From assembly GCA_965153285.1 (NCBI GenBank), contig OZ229117.1: DNA of 64,000 nt. One strand, written 5' to 3'. Each line of letters opens with the position of its first letter. Position 1 is the stretch's first letter. The position numbers and the translations under genes were made by a program. Below, in pieces: positions 24,286 through 36,929 of this stretch. Below the pieces are notes generated by a model, which did not search any database, was not told the origin of the DNA, and saw only the letters and a list, made by a program, of their open reading frames with translations. This stretch comes from Podarcis tiliguerta. Taxonomy: Eukaryota.

Positions 24286-24852
24286 TACAGCAAAGCAGTG
24301 TGGGGTCTTGCAGCTTCCTGGAACCTGTACTTGCTGACATGGAAGGTCCAACCTTTTAATCTCTGGTGTGCTTACTAACATTGGGAAGTTTTCTTTCTAA
24401 TGCCACAACTGAAGTGTTTAGTTCACAAATCAATTCAAATCACTCATAAAAAAATAAACACTTTAAACTAACTGAAAGGTTACTCTGCGATCTAAACGAG
24501 GCAGCAGATTTTTATTTTTAAATGGAAATACTTACTAAAAACCCCAAATGGCATGCGCCAGCTTCAAATAAGCATTCACTCATACGTGCATGAGAGATGA
24601 GAAGCGATACCTCTTCTGATATTGTGCCCTGCGAGAGAGACATGTGTTCCTATTTTAAAAGAAGCATAGCAGTAAGAACTGTTCAGCAGCCATTTAAGAG
24701 CAGAAGCCAGCTCCAGATCTGGGATGTAAACAGTACTCTGAGCAAACACCCACAAGATGCTACAAAGGTGGTGAAGACTGTGGCAAGTCTGACCGAATTT
24801 CAGAAGTAACTGACATCTCATAGTGTTGGCTTCCCTGCTACACGGTGTAGAC

Positions 24853-25309
24853 CAGTGATTCTCATAATAGGATCCGTGGACCATCACATGAGCTTCATTC
24901 AGATGGCATGTATAAAAATGCAGTTAAAACGCATGCAGCATTTTAGCATAACACATTACAGTTGCTATACAGTGGTACCTTCGTTTACAAACTTAATCCA
25001 TTCCGGAAGTCTGTTCTTAAACCAAAGCATTCTTAAACCAAGGTGAGCTTTCCCATAGCAACAGGGGACTCAATTTACAAATGGAACACACTCAACAGGG
25101 AGTGGAACACGTTCTGCTTCCAAGGCAAAGTTCACAAACCAAAACACCTACTTCCGGGTTTGCAGCGTTCTTAATCCAAGTTCTTCATAAACTAAGCTGT
25201 TCTTAAACCAAGGTACCACTGTAACAGGCAGACAAATTATTAACTGGTCCACCAAGATCCTCGGCAATTTTCTGCTGGTTTTGGGGGTGGGGGCGTTGAG
25301 AAGCCCCCG
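24853..25309. mobile_element. hAT-Charlie-like MITE interrupted by a nested Tigger-like MITE (24970-25221)
   Basis: Outer ends CAGTGATTCTCA...TTGAGAAGCCCCCG with degenerate TSD GTGTAGAC / ATGTTGAC. The inner element has CAGTGGTACCT TIRs and a TA TSD. Confidence 0.75.
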
Positions 25310-26434
25310 ATGTTGACCATGCAAAAGTGATCAAGCCTCTTATGTGAAAAGAAGCATTGCCGCAGAGGAAGGTGCATCATACAGAGTCAAGTCAATTAAA
25401 CTACCTAGCTCAGGATCTGGAAACTGTTCTGCAGGGTCTGTGACATTCTCGGGCCCCATTTAGAGATGCTAGGGCTTCATCCTGGGACCTTCTGGGTACA
25501 AAGCAGATGCCCTACCACTGAGCCATGACATACTTTTTCCCTGGAGAACCTTTGGGCTTTCTCATTTCCGTTTTTCCATGCATGTTTCCTCCGTTGACCA
25601 ATTCCTATAAGTGAGTGGGCTTCCAGAACCCACTGCCTGCAAAACCCGTTCTTGCATTTCTTGGAAAGCCAGACAACCTGTCTTCATAAAAAACAACAAC
25701 CCCAAAACAGCAGCTGCACCCACTGCACAAGTTCAGTTTCCTGTTGTGGTAGATGCAAACTCTCTTAGTAGGCTAATCTTTTGCTGAGGCCTTCTGCTTT
25801 TCTGCCATTCTGCAGCGTCACCTTAATTTATGGTGTACTATCACTGCAACTGTCCTCCTTACTTGCTCTTCCATTTGATTATTTTTTTTTTTACACCTAT
25901 CTAATATGTTGTATTTTCCGCACCTTCATTTCCTGGCTGTTGGGATTCCTCTCTGGCTTCCGTTCCTGGTTTCAGAACCCTGCATTGTGCCGCTTCTTTC
26001 ATCCGGCTCTGGTACTGTTTTGGTTCCTCATTCCTGGCGCCTTGGAAAGGATGTAGGTCCCTATGTGGGGGGAGCTCCTGAAAGAGGATCACGTGGAAGA
26101 AGCAGATGTTTGACAGCTAGCAGATTTGACCAGTTTCCGTTGAATCAAAGTTAAGGAAGGAGAGGCCATCACATTCAAAGGTAGATTCTTCCACTGTCCC
26201 ATCTACAAATGGCTGTATTGCAGAAGACTCTATAACCAGTAGGAAACACATATTCTATTGCTTTTTAAAAAATCCTTTGGGAGGCAGATGGGGGGCTGCT
26301 TTGGCTTAATACCCCCTCCCCCGTTCCTCTTCTGGTTTTAGGAAACCTGTTGCTTGCATTGTTTGACTACACTGGTGTGGCTACCTTGCCCAACAATCGT
26401 TAAATGCTCAGTGCTGAATATGGCAAAACAATTA

Positions 26435-26910
26435 CAGTGGTACCTCGGGCGAAGCACTTAATTCGTTCTGGAGGTCTGTTCTTAACCTGAAACTGTTCTA
26501 AACCTGAGGTACCACTTTAGCCTCCCACTGCTGCCGCACCACCGGAGCATGATTTCTGTTCTCATCCTGAAGCAAAGTTCTTAACCTGAGGTATTATTTC
26601 TGGGTTAACGGAGTCTGTAACCTGAAGCGTATGTAACCTGAGGTACCACTGTATCACAATTTTTCCTACTAGACACATATTTAAAGCAATTTCCCCCAAC
26701 ACTGCACATTTATGTATGTTATTTCCACTAATACATACATTTATATGCACACTTTACCCTAACCTCACGTACTACTTTAGTTAATGGGGCCTCCCGCTGC
26801 TGCTGCCGCTCCGCCGGAGCACGATTTCTGTTCTCATCCTGAAGCAAAGGTACTATTTCTGGGTTAGCGGAGTTTGTAACCTGGAGTGTTTGTAACCCAA
26901 GGTACCACTG
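26435..26910 (-). mobile_element. Full Tigger-like MITE (26435-26651), then a 31-bp-period repeat fragment, then a truncated second MITE copy (about 26762-26910)
   Basis: TIRs and TA TSD on the first copy; the second copy keeps only the right TIR. Confidence 0.8.
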
Positions 26911-27944
26911 TATTTATTTTTTAATGGGAGGTTGCTGCAACTAAGAGCTGTGTGAGCTTCAGACTTACATTGTTACTCTCATGCGTGAAAGCAAGCAAGA
27001 AATGAGCGCCTTCCTTCCTCCTGGAGGGGCTGTAACAGAGGCTCGTGCAGAGTTCCTGCTTTGCAAACACACATGATCTTGTTTTCTTACAACACTGTGC
27101 TCTGTCCCTGGCATGTTATGTGAGGGTGGTGTGGCAGAGGAATACCTCCCTCTGCCTGAAACCTTAGGAAGCTGCTGCCAGTCAGAGTAGGCAATGCCAA
27201 GCTGCTTGGACCAATGTTCTTTGACTCAGTGCAAGACAACATCATGCATTTGTGTATTTAGGGAGGAAACTCTGTTTCTGAGTGGACTTCTAACCAAAGG
27301 AAGATTTCTGTTTTGCTAATTTGAGGGAGGGAGGTGGAGTCAAGTCACTGACACATTACACACAAACACACTCCTTTCCTTGAGGCGTTTTCTGCTACTG
27401 GTTTGTTCTGTGCTGATAACCCCTATTTTTCACTCAGAATCCTGCTAGTGTGTTCTGATAGTGCCACTGTCTTCTCTTCTTCCCAAGCAGTCTGATGATT
27501 TTTAAAAACTACTTATGTGTCTTGAAAGTGACAAATTTGTGTCCTGTGCAGGCCTAGAAAGAGAGATACACAAATAAGTTACTGTGTGGAAGATAATGAG
27601 TCTCTCTCTCTCATCTTAAATGGCTTGTTTGTACAGTGACTTGGTCTCGCTTTATCTGTTCATAGTGGGAACTTCTAAAATTTAGGGAACGAAGGAGCCA
27701 CTCATTACCAGCAAAGTTTTGTAACTTAAACCTCCCCTGCTGCCCCAATAAGGTTCTATAAACTTTTAAATAGTTGCTGCATTAGGTGACATAATGAAGT
27801 TTGTTTTCAAAATGCACAGCATAGAGAACCGGGATTATTTATAAAATATAGTTTTATTATTTATCAAAGTGCAGAGACACAAAGAGCACCTTTTAAGACT
27901 GCATTCCTTTGCACATTTACCTGGGGATAAGTCCAATCGAACCT

Positions 27945-28130
27945 TGACTTTCTGACAGTTAGAGCTGTTTGACAGTGGAACAGACTTCCGCGAGAGGTAG
28001 CGGACTCTCCTTTCTTGGAGGTTTTAAAGCATCTGTCATGTATGATCTAGTTGAGATTCCTGCATTGCAGGGGGTTTATCTAGATGACCCTTGGGGACCC
28101 TTCCACCTCTACAGTTCTGTGATTCTATGA
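27945..28130 (+). mobile_element. CR1 LINE 3' end
   Basis: Typical CR1 3'UTR ending in GTTCTGTGATTCTATGA, an (ATTCTRTG)-type terminal repeat. Confidence 0.85.
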
Positions 28131-28535
28131 ATGGCACCTTGCAAAACAAATGGAGTAGTGCAGCCATCCCAGCCATATGTGTTGGGAACATGCTTCCCAC
28201 TAGCTCCAGCCAGCATGAGTGTATGATCCTGTGGCTGCTGGGAGTTGTAGTCCAGCACTTCTGGAGGGCGCCAGGTTGGAGAAGACTGGAGAAAAAAAGC
28301 AAAAACCTTTGGGCTGCTTGCCGCTCCCATGGGGGGGGGGGGAGGCTTAAGCAGCTGCTAAGGATGCCTCCTCTTGGCATCCTTCCTTTCTGCTGTTTTT
28401 ACACATGCCACAGTTAGCCAGTTAAAAGTGTGCCAAAGTGGCAAGGGTGCCAGTGGTAAGGGTGCGTTGCCAGCTTAGCCCATCTGAGTTCAAAGTGTCG
28501 GGTGCCCTGCTGGATCTTGCAGTGCCGTCTTCAAA

Positions 28536-28548
28536 TGCTGAGTCAGCA
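28536..28548. promoter_or_regulatory. Perfect T-MARE (Maf recognition element)
   Basis: TGCTGAGTCAGCA, an exact 13-bp match. Confidence 0.5.
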
Positions 28549-30884
28549 GATCTGGCTTCCTTCATCTGTGGTCTTGTAGGGAGTTTGAGATCAGCTCCTG
28601 CTGAACATATGTATCTGTTTACTTGTTGCTGCGTATATGAGCCTCGGAAGCTTCTGTCTGGCTGCGCTTCATTTCTATACTTAGATGTGCAGGTGTTCTG
28701 ACCAGCCTGGGAGGGATGCTACATTAAGAGTGGGAGCACATGGTTCAAATCTTTGTTTACTTGGGTGAGGGAAACATGCACTCTGCAAATGCTCCAGGGT
28801 CCTCTTGGCACTGACGTATTACTCAATAAGTGTTTCAAAGTAATGTGTGTTGCCTTGCTTGCAGTCCTCACCAACAGCCCTGTAAAGTAGGGACAGTATT
28901 GGCATTGCCCAGTTTGCAGAAAGGAGCACTGAGGCTAAGCTAAGAGAGACTGACTTGCTTAAAGCACCCGTCCCCCGTTAGTTCTTGGGAAAGGTTCCAG
29001 GGCTATACCTTGGTGTGCCTTAAGCCCTGGAGGTTTTTAAATAAACAGGGCAGTATTCTGCAGGGAGGAGGTTGCGGAGATGTTGCCCAAAACTTTCAGG
29101 CAGGAGTGCCACTGGACGGGATTGCAGTGTACGTTTTAAAACCGCACTGCTCAAGCCTCAAGGGGGAATGTTTTTTCTCACACTCCTGTGTGCTTGCATT
29201 CTCATAGTGTGCAAACATTTTAATAAAAATGTGATGCAAAGATAGCCAGCGTCCTCTAGATAAGGCAGTGACTGACTCTCTGCAAAGGGATGCTGGGTGC
29301 CCCCACCCTGCCGAAGGAGGCAACAGCAGCTTTGCAGGCAAATACAATATGGGGGTGGAGAGGGGATTATGCAAAGGAGCTTCCGGCTTCTCGGGTTGCT
29401 GCCTCTTCCTTGCTGCAGGGCCAATCGGTGGCGCTGGAGGTGGCACCTACTGAAATGGGCAAAGGAGCTGTTAGGTGTGAATGATGCAACTGTCCTCCTC
29501 TCTTGCTTGTCCTAGCTTTGAATCATCTGCAAGGAAGTTGAATCATTCATTCACTAGGGGGGGAAACCCCAACTAGGACTTCCTGGATAGCAAGCATTTT
29601 GAGTGTAGCTCGAGTTTCCCCTACTCACCATGTGTTACTGCATCAAAAAGATGCAGTAACCTTACTTGACGGGAAAACTCCCCAGCTAGGAAGGAGGTAG
29701 CATCCTCCCCTGTGTTTCAGAATCTGCAGCTGTGAGCTTTGAGTGATACTGTTGTTTCTGCCTTAGGATGTGAACATCTGCTTGTGGGGAAGTGTTAGTG
29801 TTTTTTTGTAACCGGAACTGTGCTAGGCACTGCTGCTCATAGACCATCCACGTGGCCCTGTCTTTGCAGAGAGTGTTTTCAAGTCTGCATTAGAGGCCAG
29901 GGTGTGATAGGAGGGAGACTGGGGGGTGGGGGTGGGCCAGGGAAGAGCTGGGTGGCAGCAGAGAGATCCAGGTACAGTATAGTTTGGAGAAAAGTCCTCA
30001 ATCTTCTTTCTCACGTTTATATGCTACAGGATGAGCCCTGAAGGGGCCCCAAAGCGACTCTCAGTTGCCTTGTGTATCCGTGTTGCTTTTAAAACACTTA
30101 CCAGCTTAACTTCAGTGCAAAACAATGAAACCAAAAATAAGGTGGGGAGAGTGCTCTGGTCCTGCTTGTGGGCACCTTGGAGGCACCTGGTAAGAACAGG
30201 ATGCTGGACTGGATGGGATTCTGATCTAGCAGCCAGGCTCTTCTTGCATCCTCAGTCAGAATATCTGAAACGGAACCAGTGCAATGTCTGCTGCTTCCCT
30301 AGAATCTTCCTCCAGAGCTCCCCAGCTAGAGAAGAGGCTGAGCTCTCTAGGCTTTCCCTTTGAGAGGGAAAAAGAGCAAGCCTTCAGGTGGAAAAGCTCT
30401 CACCAGGCAGCACTCTAGAGGAATGTAGAATTGGAAGGAGCGTGTCTGTGTGTTTGTGTGCAGGTGCCGGCAGCATGGATGCATTTATAGTGGAGACAGT
30501 TTCAGAGGAAGCAGTCTGCCAAGTGGAGTCCTAGCAACCACAAGCTTCCAAAAATTTTGGCCGCAGAAGTGCATCCATGCATTGGCGAGAGTAGTGCAGG
30601 TCTCATTTATTTTGTATGTGTGTGTGTGTTTTTCCCTGGTGTGGGCAAGGGGATATTCATTGGCCTGGATCCATTTGCACAGATCCTACACTGTGCTTTG
30701 CAGGTACAACTCCAGCAGATGATGGGGGTGGTGGAGTTGTGCTGAATGTGGCATTCCAGCTGTGCCTTGCCCTCAATCTTTAGTTTGGTGTATTTCTTTT
30801 CCTGTTTCTAAAAAAAAGAGAGGGTGGCTTGCGAAGCTCCTACTCCAACAGTGAACTAACCCACCTTGATCTGTTCCTTTCCAG

Positions 30885-31010
30885 TACTGCTCACAGCTGT
30901 CAACTGCTACAGTGTGAAGGCTGCCACCCGCGTCCAAGATGGCTTCGCGGCTGCCAAGCTCTTGGCTCTTGCCTTGATCATCATCCTGGGCTTCGTTCAG
31001 CTGGGAAAAA
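30885..31010 (+). CDS. SLC7A5: LAT1 exon 2
   Basis: ttccag|...|gtgagt, 126 nt. [42 protein letters not shown]. Confidence 0.96.
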
Positions 31011-31739
31011 GTGAGTATGTGTGTTTTGCTTCTTCAAAAAACAGGATGGAAGTGGAGGAGAAGGTGGCACAGGGGAAGGGGAAGGGGTGGCAGGTGGTTA
31101 GGGAGGACTTCCCCCAAATTCTGGCTCTAGCAGCAGAGGCAGAACAGCTTTAAATACTGTACCTGATTTCGCTGTCTGCAGCTCCAAAAGCTCCAGGAAA
31201 GGGAGGCAGATTTAGGGGAGCGCAGCCACTTTAGTTGCACTTGGCATGGAGCAGCTATGTTGTAGAATGGAAGACAAGAGGTGGGGGCACCAGATTTTGG
31301 CGTTTGGGACCCCAAGGCCTGCCACTGCAGGCAGCCCCCCTGTTTCTTCTATTTGAGACTAGACTTGATCGCTCTCATTATGGTCCAGGGAAAACAAAAC
31401 TGCATTTTCTCAGGTACCTGCAAAAATAGGAGAAACGTTCCAGAAAATGCCTTGTAACGGCGCATCTTTCACTTGGGCAATCTGGTAGTTCTGAGATCTG
31501 ACCAGATGCTCAGGACAAGCTTTCAGAAAGACGAAATTCAGCAGCTACGGCTATTCCTAGCCTTCATGGATATGAAATACTAGTGAAAGCTTCATTTGCA
31601 CAGAGACATCCATGGCACATCTGGTCTCTCTGTTTCTTCTTATTCTAATCTTAAAATTCAGTTCCCTGTATTGTCACCTTCATTTGTGGATTTCATCTCT
31701 CCCCCCCCCCCCCCAGGAAACCACTCAGGAAAGTTAGCA

Positions 31740-31915
31740 TTTTTAGTGTGAATTTCTCCGAATAGAGACAATTTTTGTATACAATTTTGACTACTATACA
31801 GATTTTGGAAGCAATTTCCTCTAACGTCAGGCATTCTTGTCTGTTACACTCACAAAGTGCATGCATTTTTACTCATATTTCCCTACGGCACACACATTTT
31901 TGTACACATTTTATG
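31740..31915. repeat. Degenerate ~31-bp-period tandem array, part of an interspersed repeat (about 31620-32060)
   Basis: About six units beginning ATTTT(T)GTA...; the same unit occurs at 26654-26762. Confidence 0.6.
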
Positions 31916-33104
31916 GTTGCCGGACTGCACTGCAAAAAAATTCAGAGTACAAATGTCGAAGTGTGGTGTGTTCTGGTTTGCGTATTGGTTTACGGTGTGC
32001 AAATTAGGAATTAGCTCATTAAAATGCAAACAACATCAAATGTCTCCCGCATCCTTAACGATGAGCGACCCTTGACAGCCTTTATCTTCCTTCCTCCCTC
32101 ATTTGCTGTGCTCTCTGCCCCACATCAGCCTTTTATGAAACGAGAGTTGCTTGGGAAGTGCCAAGTTTTCCCCTTGACGCTGTCTGACCTTCCCTGGCTC
32201 AGATCTTGTCCTCTTGACTGCATGTTCCCTCTGCCCTTCCTGCCTGTATCGCTGTTGTTTTTAGCATGGCAGGACGTGGTGGGCACCTGAGCCAACCCCT
32301 CATTCAACAGGGGTCCAGGCAGGCTGGTCACATGGCTTGTGGCAGCCTGTTTCTGCTTTCGCTGCTTGTCTAGGAGAGGAGATCAAATGCCGGGATGGTG
32401 TTTCCCTTCTGTGTGTTTTCGCCAGCCGGCGGGGCTTGCTTGGTGCAAAATAGCACACACACGCACACCCCTTCCACTCCTACTTGCTGGATATTTGACT
32501 CCCAGAAGAGAGATGCAGGCAGACGAATGACGTCTGTGGGCTGTCAGTACAGGGTAGTCTTCATGAGGAAACTGCGCCCCCTCCTGTCCTTCTGGGGAAA
32601 TCTAGAAAGCAAGCAGGGGGCTGTTGCCTCCACCCCCATCCAAAGAGAAACATATAGAAGATCGATTGCCACAGGATGCTAGAAGTCAGGAAATAGGTGC
32701 TTGTAATTTTAACCACACTTGCTTTGCATGCACATGTTCAGTGCTGGTGTCTGTCTTCAGGTAGGGCTGGGAAACTCCTCCTGCCCAAATCCTGGAAAGC
32801 TCCTGTCAATCAATGTAGAGTTTATGCTGGGCTAGCTGAACTGGTGGTCTGACTCAATATAAGGCAGCTTTATGTGTTGGTAACACAGAAGTAACATAGG
32901 TTTCCAGGAATTCAGGCATACAGTTTGTGCCTGGGCTTATCTCAAGGGCTTGCCTTCTTCTGTACAAACCCAGAAGCTTGTCAGTAGCCATCAGCAGAGG
33001 CCTTGCTTCACATCTTGCCACCTTTTGGCTTTTCCCTACCAACGCCTAGATGAGCCCTTGTATGACCTCCATGGTGCATGTGTTTATGTTTCCTGTCAAA
33101 AACG

Positions 33105-33415
33105 AACATTGGAAGAGCCCTGCTGGATCAGATGAGAGGCCCATGCAGTCCAGCATCTTGATCTCACAGTGACCAACCAGATTACCCATGGGGAATCCAC
33201 TAGTGGGACCCAGAGTGCAGCTTAAGATTTCCAGTAACTAGTGTTCAGAGGCTCTCTTTCTCTGACAGCGGAAGTGGGGCAGCAGCCATCAGGGTTAGCG
33301 GATAGCCTCACCTCCCATGAATTTGTCTTCTTAAAGCCACCCAAGTTGGCAGCCATTGCTACATCTTGTGGGAGCAAATGTCGTAGGTGATCTATGTCTG
33401 AAGAAGTCCTGAATT
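33105..33415 (-). mobile_element. Squamate CR1-like 3' fragment. Other copies at about 11110-11260(+), 43335-43672(+), 48255-48450(-), 55480-55700(+) and 61587-61900(-)
   Basis: The block GAAGAGCCCTGCTGGATCAG...GTCCAGCATC...CTCACAGTG...CCAACCAGAT recurs across the window. Confidence 0.75.
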
Positions 33416-33452
33416 TTGTGTCTCCTGGATCTTCCGGCTTCCGGCTCAATTG

Positions 33453-33485
<33 letters not shown>

Positions 33486-35754
33486 ATCCCCAGTTAGTAG
33501 GCACTGGTAGCCATAACCATGACTGTTCTGTTTTTATTTTGTTAAGGACTGGAAGGTCTAAATGGATTTTTGTTTTAGTTACAGCCCTGGTCTTCAAGTG
33601 TTATGCGGTGTGTGTGTGTTTACAGATGGAGATTTGTTTTGCTGCTCTCTCTGTCTTGCACACTCTTGTTTATTTTTGTGTGTGCTTAACTTCGCAAGCT
33701 GCTTTCAGGCATCTTGCAGCTTACAAGCGGTCTAGAAATGCAAACAAATAAATGGAGCTTAGTGAAGCAGTTCTGTCCAATGAAGATGCAAAGGGATAAA
33801 AAAAGAGCCTGTCTCTTAAGTTGAAAGATTTTCTTCCTTCCTTTCTTAACATCTCAGCATTTTAAAAGAAGAAAGCTAACTTTGTTAATTGTGTTTGTTT
33901 CCTTCTAAATGGCAGAGCCTCGTGACACAAACTCTCGAAATGTCTTGCCAACCCGGACCTGGTTGGTGTCAGCACAGATCTCTCTGCTCAGCATTTTTCA
34001 GTATTTTTTGATAAACGGATAAGAAGCGGATGGGAACTTTTGAGGGAGGGATTCCTTCCTCTGTAAAACAAAACAGAAGGTTGTTGGGGGGGAGGGAGGG
34101 AGCCCCTCTATTCTGGAGCAATATAAGGGACACTTGTTTAACAACAAAGGATTCAGAAGGAATTCTCCACTTCTCTTTGCCCTCCTCGGAACTTGCAAGA
34201 TATTATTTTTCCTTTCCCTCTTCTCCTGTTACTGCCTCCCCCTGTAATTGCCTTGTGACCTTTGGGCAGTTTTTCAGCGGTGATGCTTGCAAAACACACT
34301 TTTTTCTTCTTCCCACCCCTTCCATATTGCATAGGGTGCTTTGCTCAACTTATTTCCTCCTTTAAGGTGGGCTGTCGTTAATGGCCATGGAATGCCGGCA
34401 TCACCTTTTGGGCTCTATTCTAATAATAGCCCTCCTTTAATATCTCCAGAGATTCCTTTCTCACTCACAGGAATCTGCCTCAAAGGTCTTCTCTGCATCT
34501 CAGGTCATGGTTGTGCAAGCAAGAAACCTGCAGACTCACAGCTGTAAACTGACTGTAGATTTTGAAATAGTTGACATTTGTGTTTCTATCACACTCCCCC
34601 CCCCCATTACCTGTGCGCATCAATAAGAACTAGGGAGTTGGTTCCTTTTTCCTAACAAGATCAACACCCCAAGGCACTCAGCTTCTGAAATCTGCACATG
34701 ATGACAGGTTCTGCATTCTTGTTCTCTGCCGTCACAGAACTCTCGCTTTGTGCACAGGATGCAACCCAAAAAAGGTACCCTGCACATGCTGTGCATAGAT
34801 AATGATGGGAAAACTGTGTTGTCTGGTTAAGAGCCATTGGTCTGGTTGTTGGGTTTACAACCTCACCCCTTGATGTGCTGCACTTCACAGTTCCCAGAAG
34901 CGATTCACAGTATTGATTTTTTTGTTTTTAATGGGCGTTTAATGCATTTTATATTAAAAACCTTTGTTGTGGTGGTTCACAGGTCTTATATGCACAAAAT
35001 AGCCATTAAAACAACCTTGAAGCTATCAAATACAATAATAGAGCATCAAAGAGTACGTTAATAACCAAGTAGCGAGAACAGAAAAACTAAGTATGCAGGC
35101 AGATCCTAATCCAACTTTTGCCAGCCTTCTTCCCTCCAGATATTTGTCCTGCCCCAGCCCAGCTTTCTCAGCCACCACATCAAACCCCCAAAATGAGATT
35201 CTTCCTCACCTCATGGCTTTTCTCTCACTGTGCCTCAACAGAAGCCCTATATCAGGGCACTCCCATCTTCTCTGGATCCGCATTGCACCATTTTCCCTGC
35301 TTGCAAAGCAGCCTTTGCCAACCCTGGTGCTCTCCAAATGCTTTGGAGTACAATTCCCATCAGCCCCAACCAAAAGAGCCACACGATCCTGGGCTACAAC
35401 TTCGACCCCAGTAAATGGAATAGTTTTGATCCACTGACAAAATGATGCTGAAGTCAGCACTTAGCTCTGTGGGGAGCATTCCATAGCAGGACTCTTTTCT
35501 CTAGTCACCACTTACAAAGGGAGGGGTACCCAAAGGCCTTGTGCAGTTCTAGATAATTGGGCTGGGGGCAATAACCTATTCCCACCTGCCTTTGAGAACA
35601 GAGATCTTTCCAGTAAAATGTGCACCTTTTGTGTTTTCAGTGGCCCAGTGAGTAACCGCTAAAGGAACCATTAGCATCAAAATTTGTAATGGCAAAGATG
35701 CACAAAAACCCACCTCTTCTTCTACTAAGTTGGCTTGGGCAGGGATGGCCTGGC

Positions 35755-36317
35755 CACAGCACTTCATGCATTGGTAACTTCAATGTGCTATATGCAGGGC
35801 TAACCTTGGGCCTGGTCCAGAGGTTCCAGCTGGTGGAGAATGCTTTGGCCAGACGGTTGATGGGGACGCACTGTTGCCAGCACATAACTGGTGCTCAAAA
35901 GCTTGCACTGGCTGCCTGCATGCTGCTGGGCCAGCTTCATTGTTCTTGTATTCAGCTGCAGGCCCCTGAACAGCTTGAGTCCAGGATGTTTCAAGGCAGC
36001 CCAAGCCCTTACAACATCCCTGCGTGATGGTTGAGGTCTGTTAGTGGTCCTCCGTGGCTCAGACGTACGGCTCATATCCACCAGAAGCTGTGTGCTCAGT
36101 ATCATGGGCCTGATTTTGCAGATCTCTCTTCCAGTTGAGTTCAGACAGGACAGCTCCCTGTTGAACTTCTGGCATCTACTGAAAACGTTTTATTCAGCAC
36201 TGGCATTTTAACTAGTGTTACAGTTTCAATGAATTTTTATCTTTCCTATATTTTATTTTTTGTATACTGCTTAGAGACAACTGTAGGTATTTAAATTGTT
36301 TAAATAAAAAAAAATAA
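35755..36317 (+). mobile_element. L2 LINE 3' fragment
   Basis: Translates TSCIGNFNVLYAGLTLGLVQRFQLVENALARRLMG...HIT...LHWLP, matching the L2 ORF2 pattern SRLDYCN-LQLVQNAAAR-LHWLP; ends in an A-rich tail. Confidence 0.85.
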
Positions 36318-36929
36318 GTTCTGGCTGCTTCTGCATGTCTTTGAACTAAATACTTTTTCAGGTCAGCTGTCAGACCCAGCTTTGCAGTAAAGCCATTTTC
36401 CTCCCGTCTTCTGGGGCTCCTCTTCTGAGCTTCTGCTGAACAGATGCAGGGTCATTTAAGGACACTGCAAGTGCGCCTAGCTTTGGTCACTCTTCATGGG
36501 AAGCTTAGGTGTGTGACTTTGGCTGAATGTCTTATTTTTTAAAATGGTGTTCTACACATCTGTCACGCAGATGGGGAAGTTGTAGCCTTCCACATGTCGC
36601 CCTCCCAACTCCCTTCATCCTTGATCGCTGGCTGGAGGTGCTGGGAGTTGAGAGCCCCCGGTAACAATTTCATTACAGGCCCTGCACCAGTTTGATTTTA
36701 TCAGTATTTTGGATAGCTGTGTTACACTATTTTATGCTGACCTCTTTGATAGTTTTCTTTCCAAGCCCGGATAAACACTTTTGTAATTGTCATGTGGTTC
36801 AGACATCTTAGCATGATCTCAGCATTGCTTTTTTTGAGAGGGGTGACTAAATAATGAAAAGTTGAAAGTAAACGAGGAGAAAAACAACACGTTTCATTAG
36901 GTGTGATTACATACTTAATTACTTCATCC

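Noticed and set aside
29636-29645. TACTGCATCA, identical to the 5' end of miR-217
   Set aside because: The match stops at 10 nt and the hairpin geometry is not that of a pre-miRNA.
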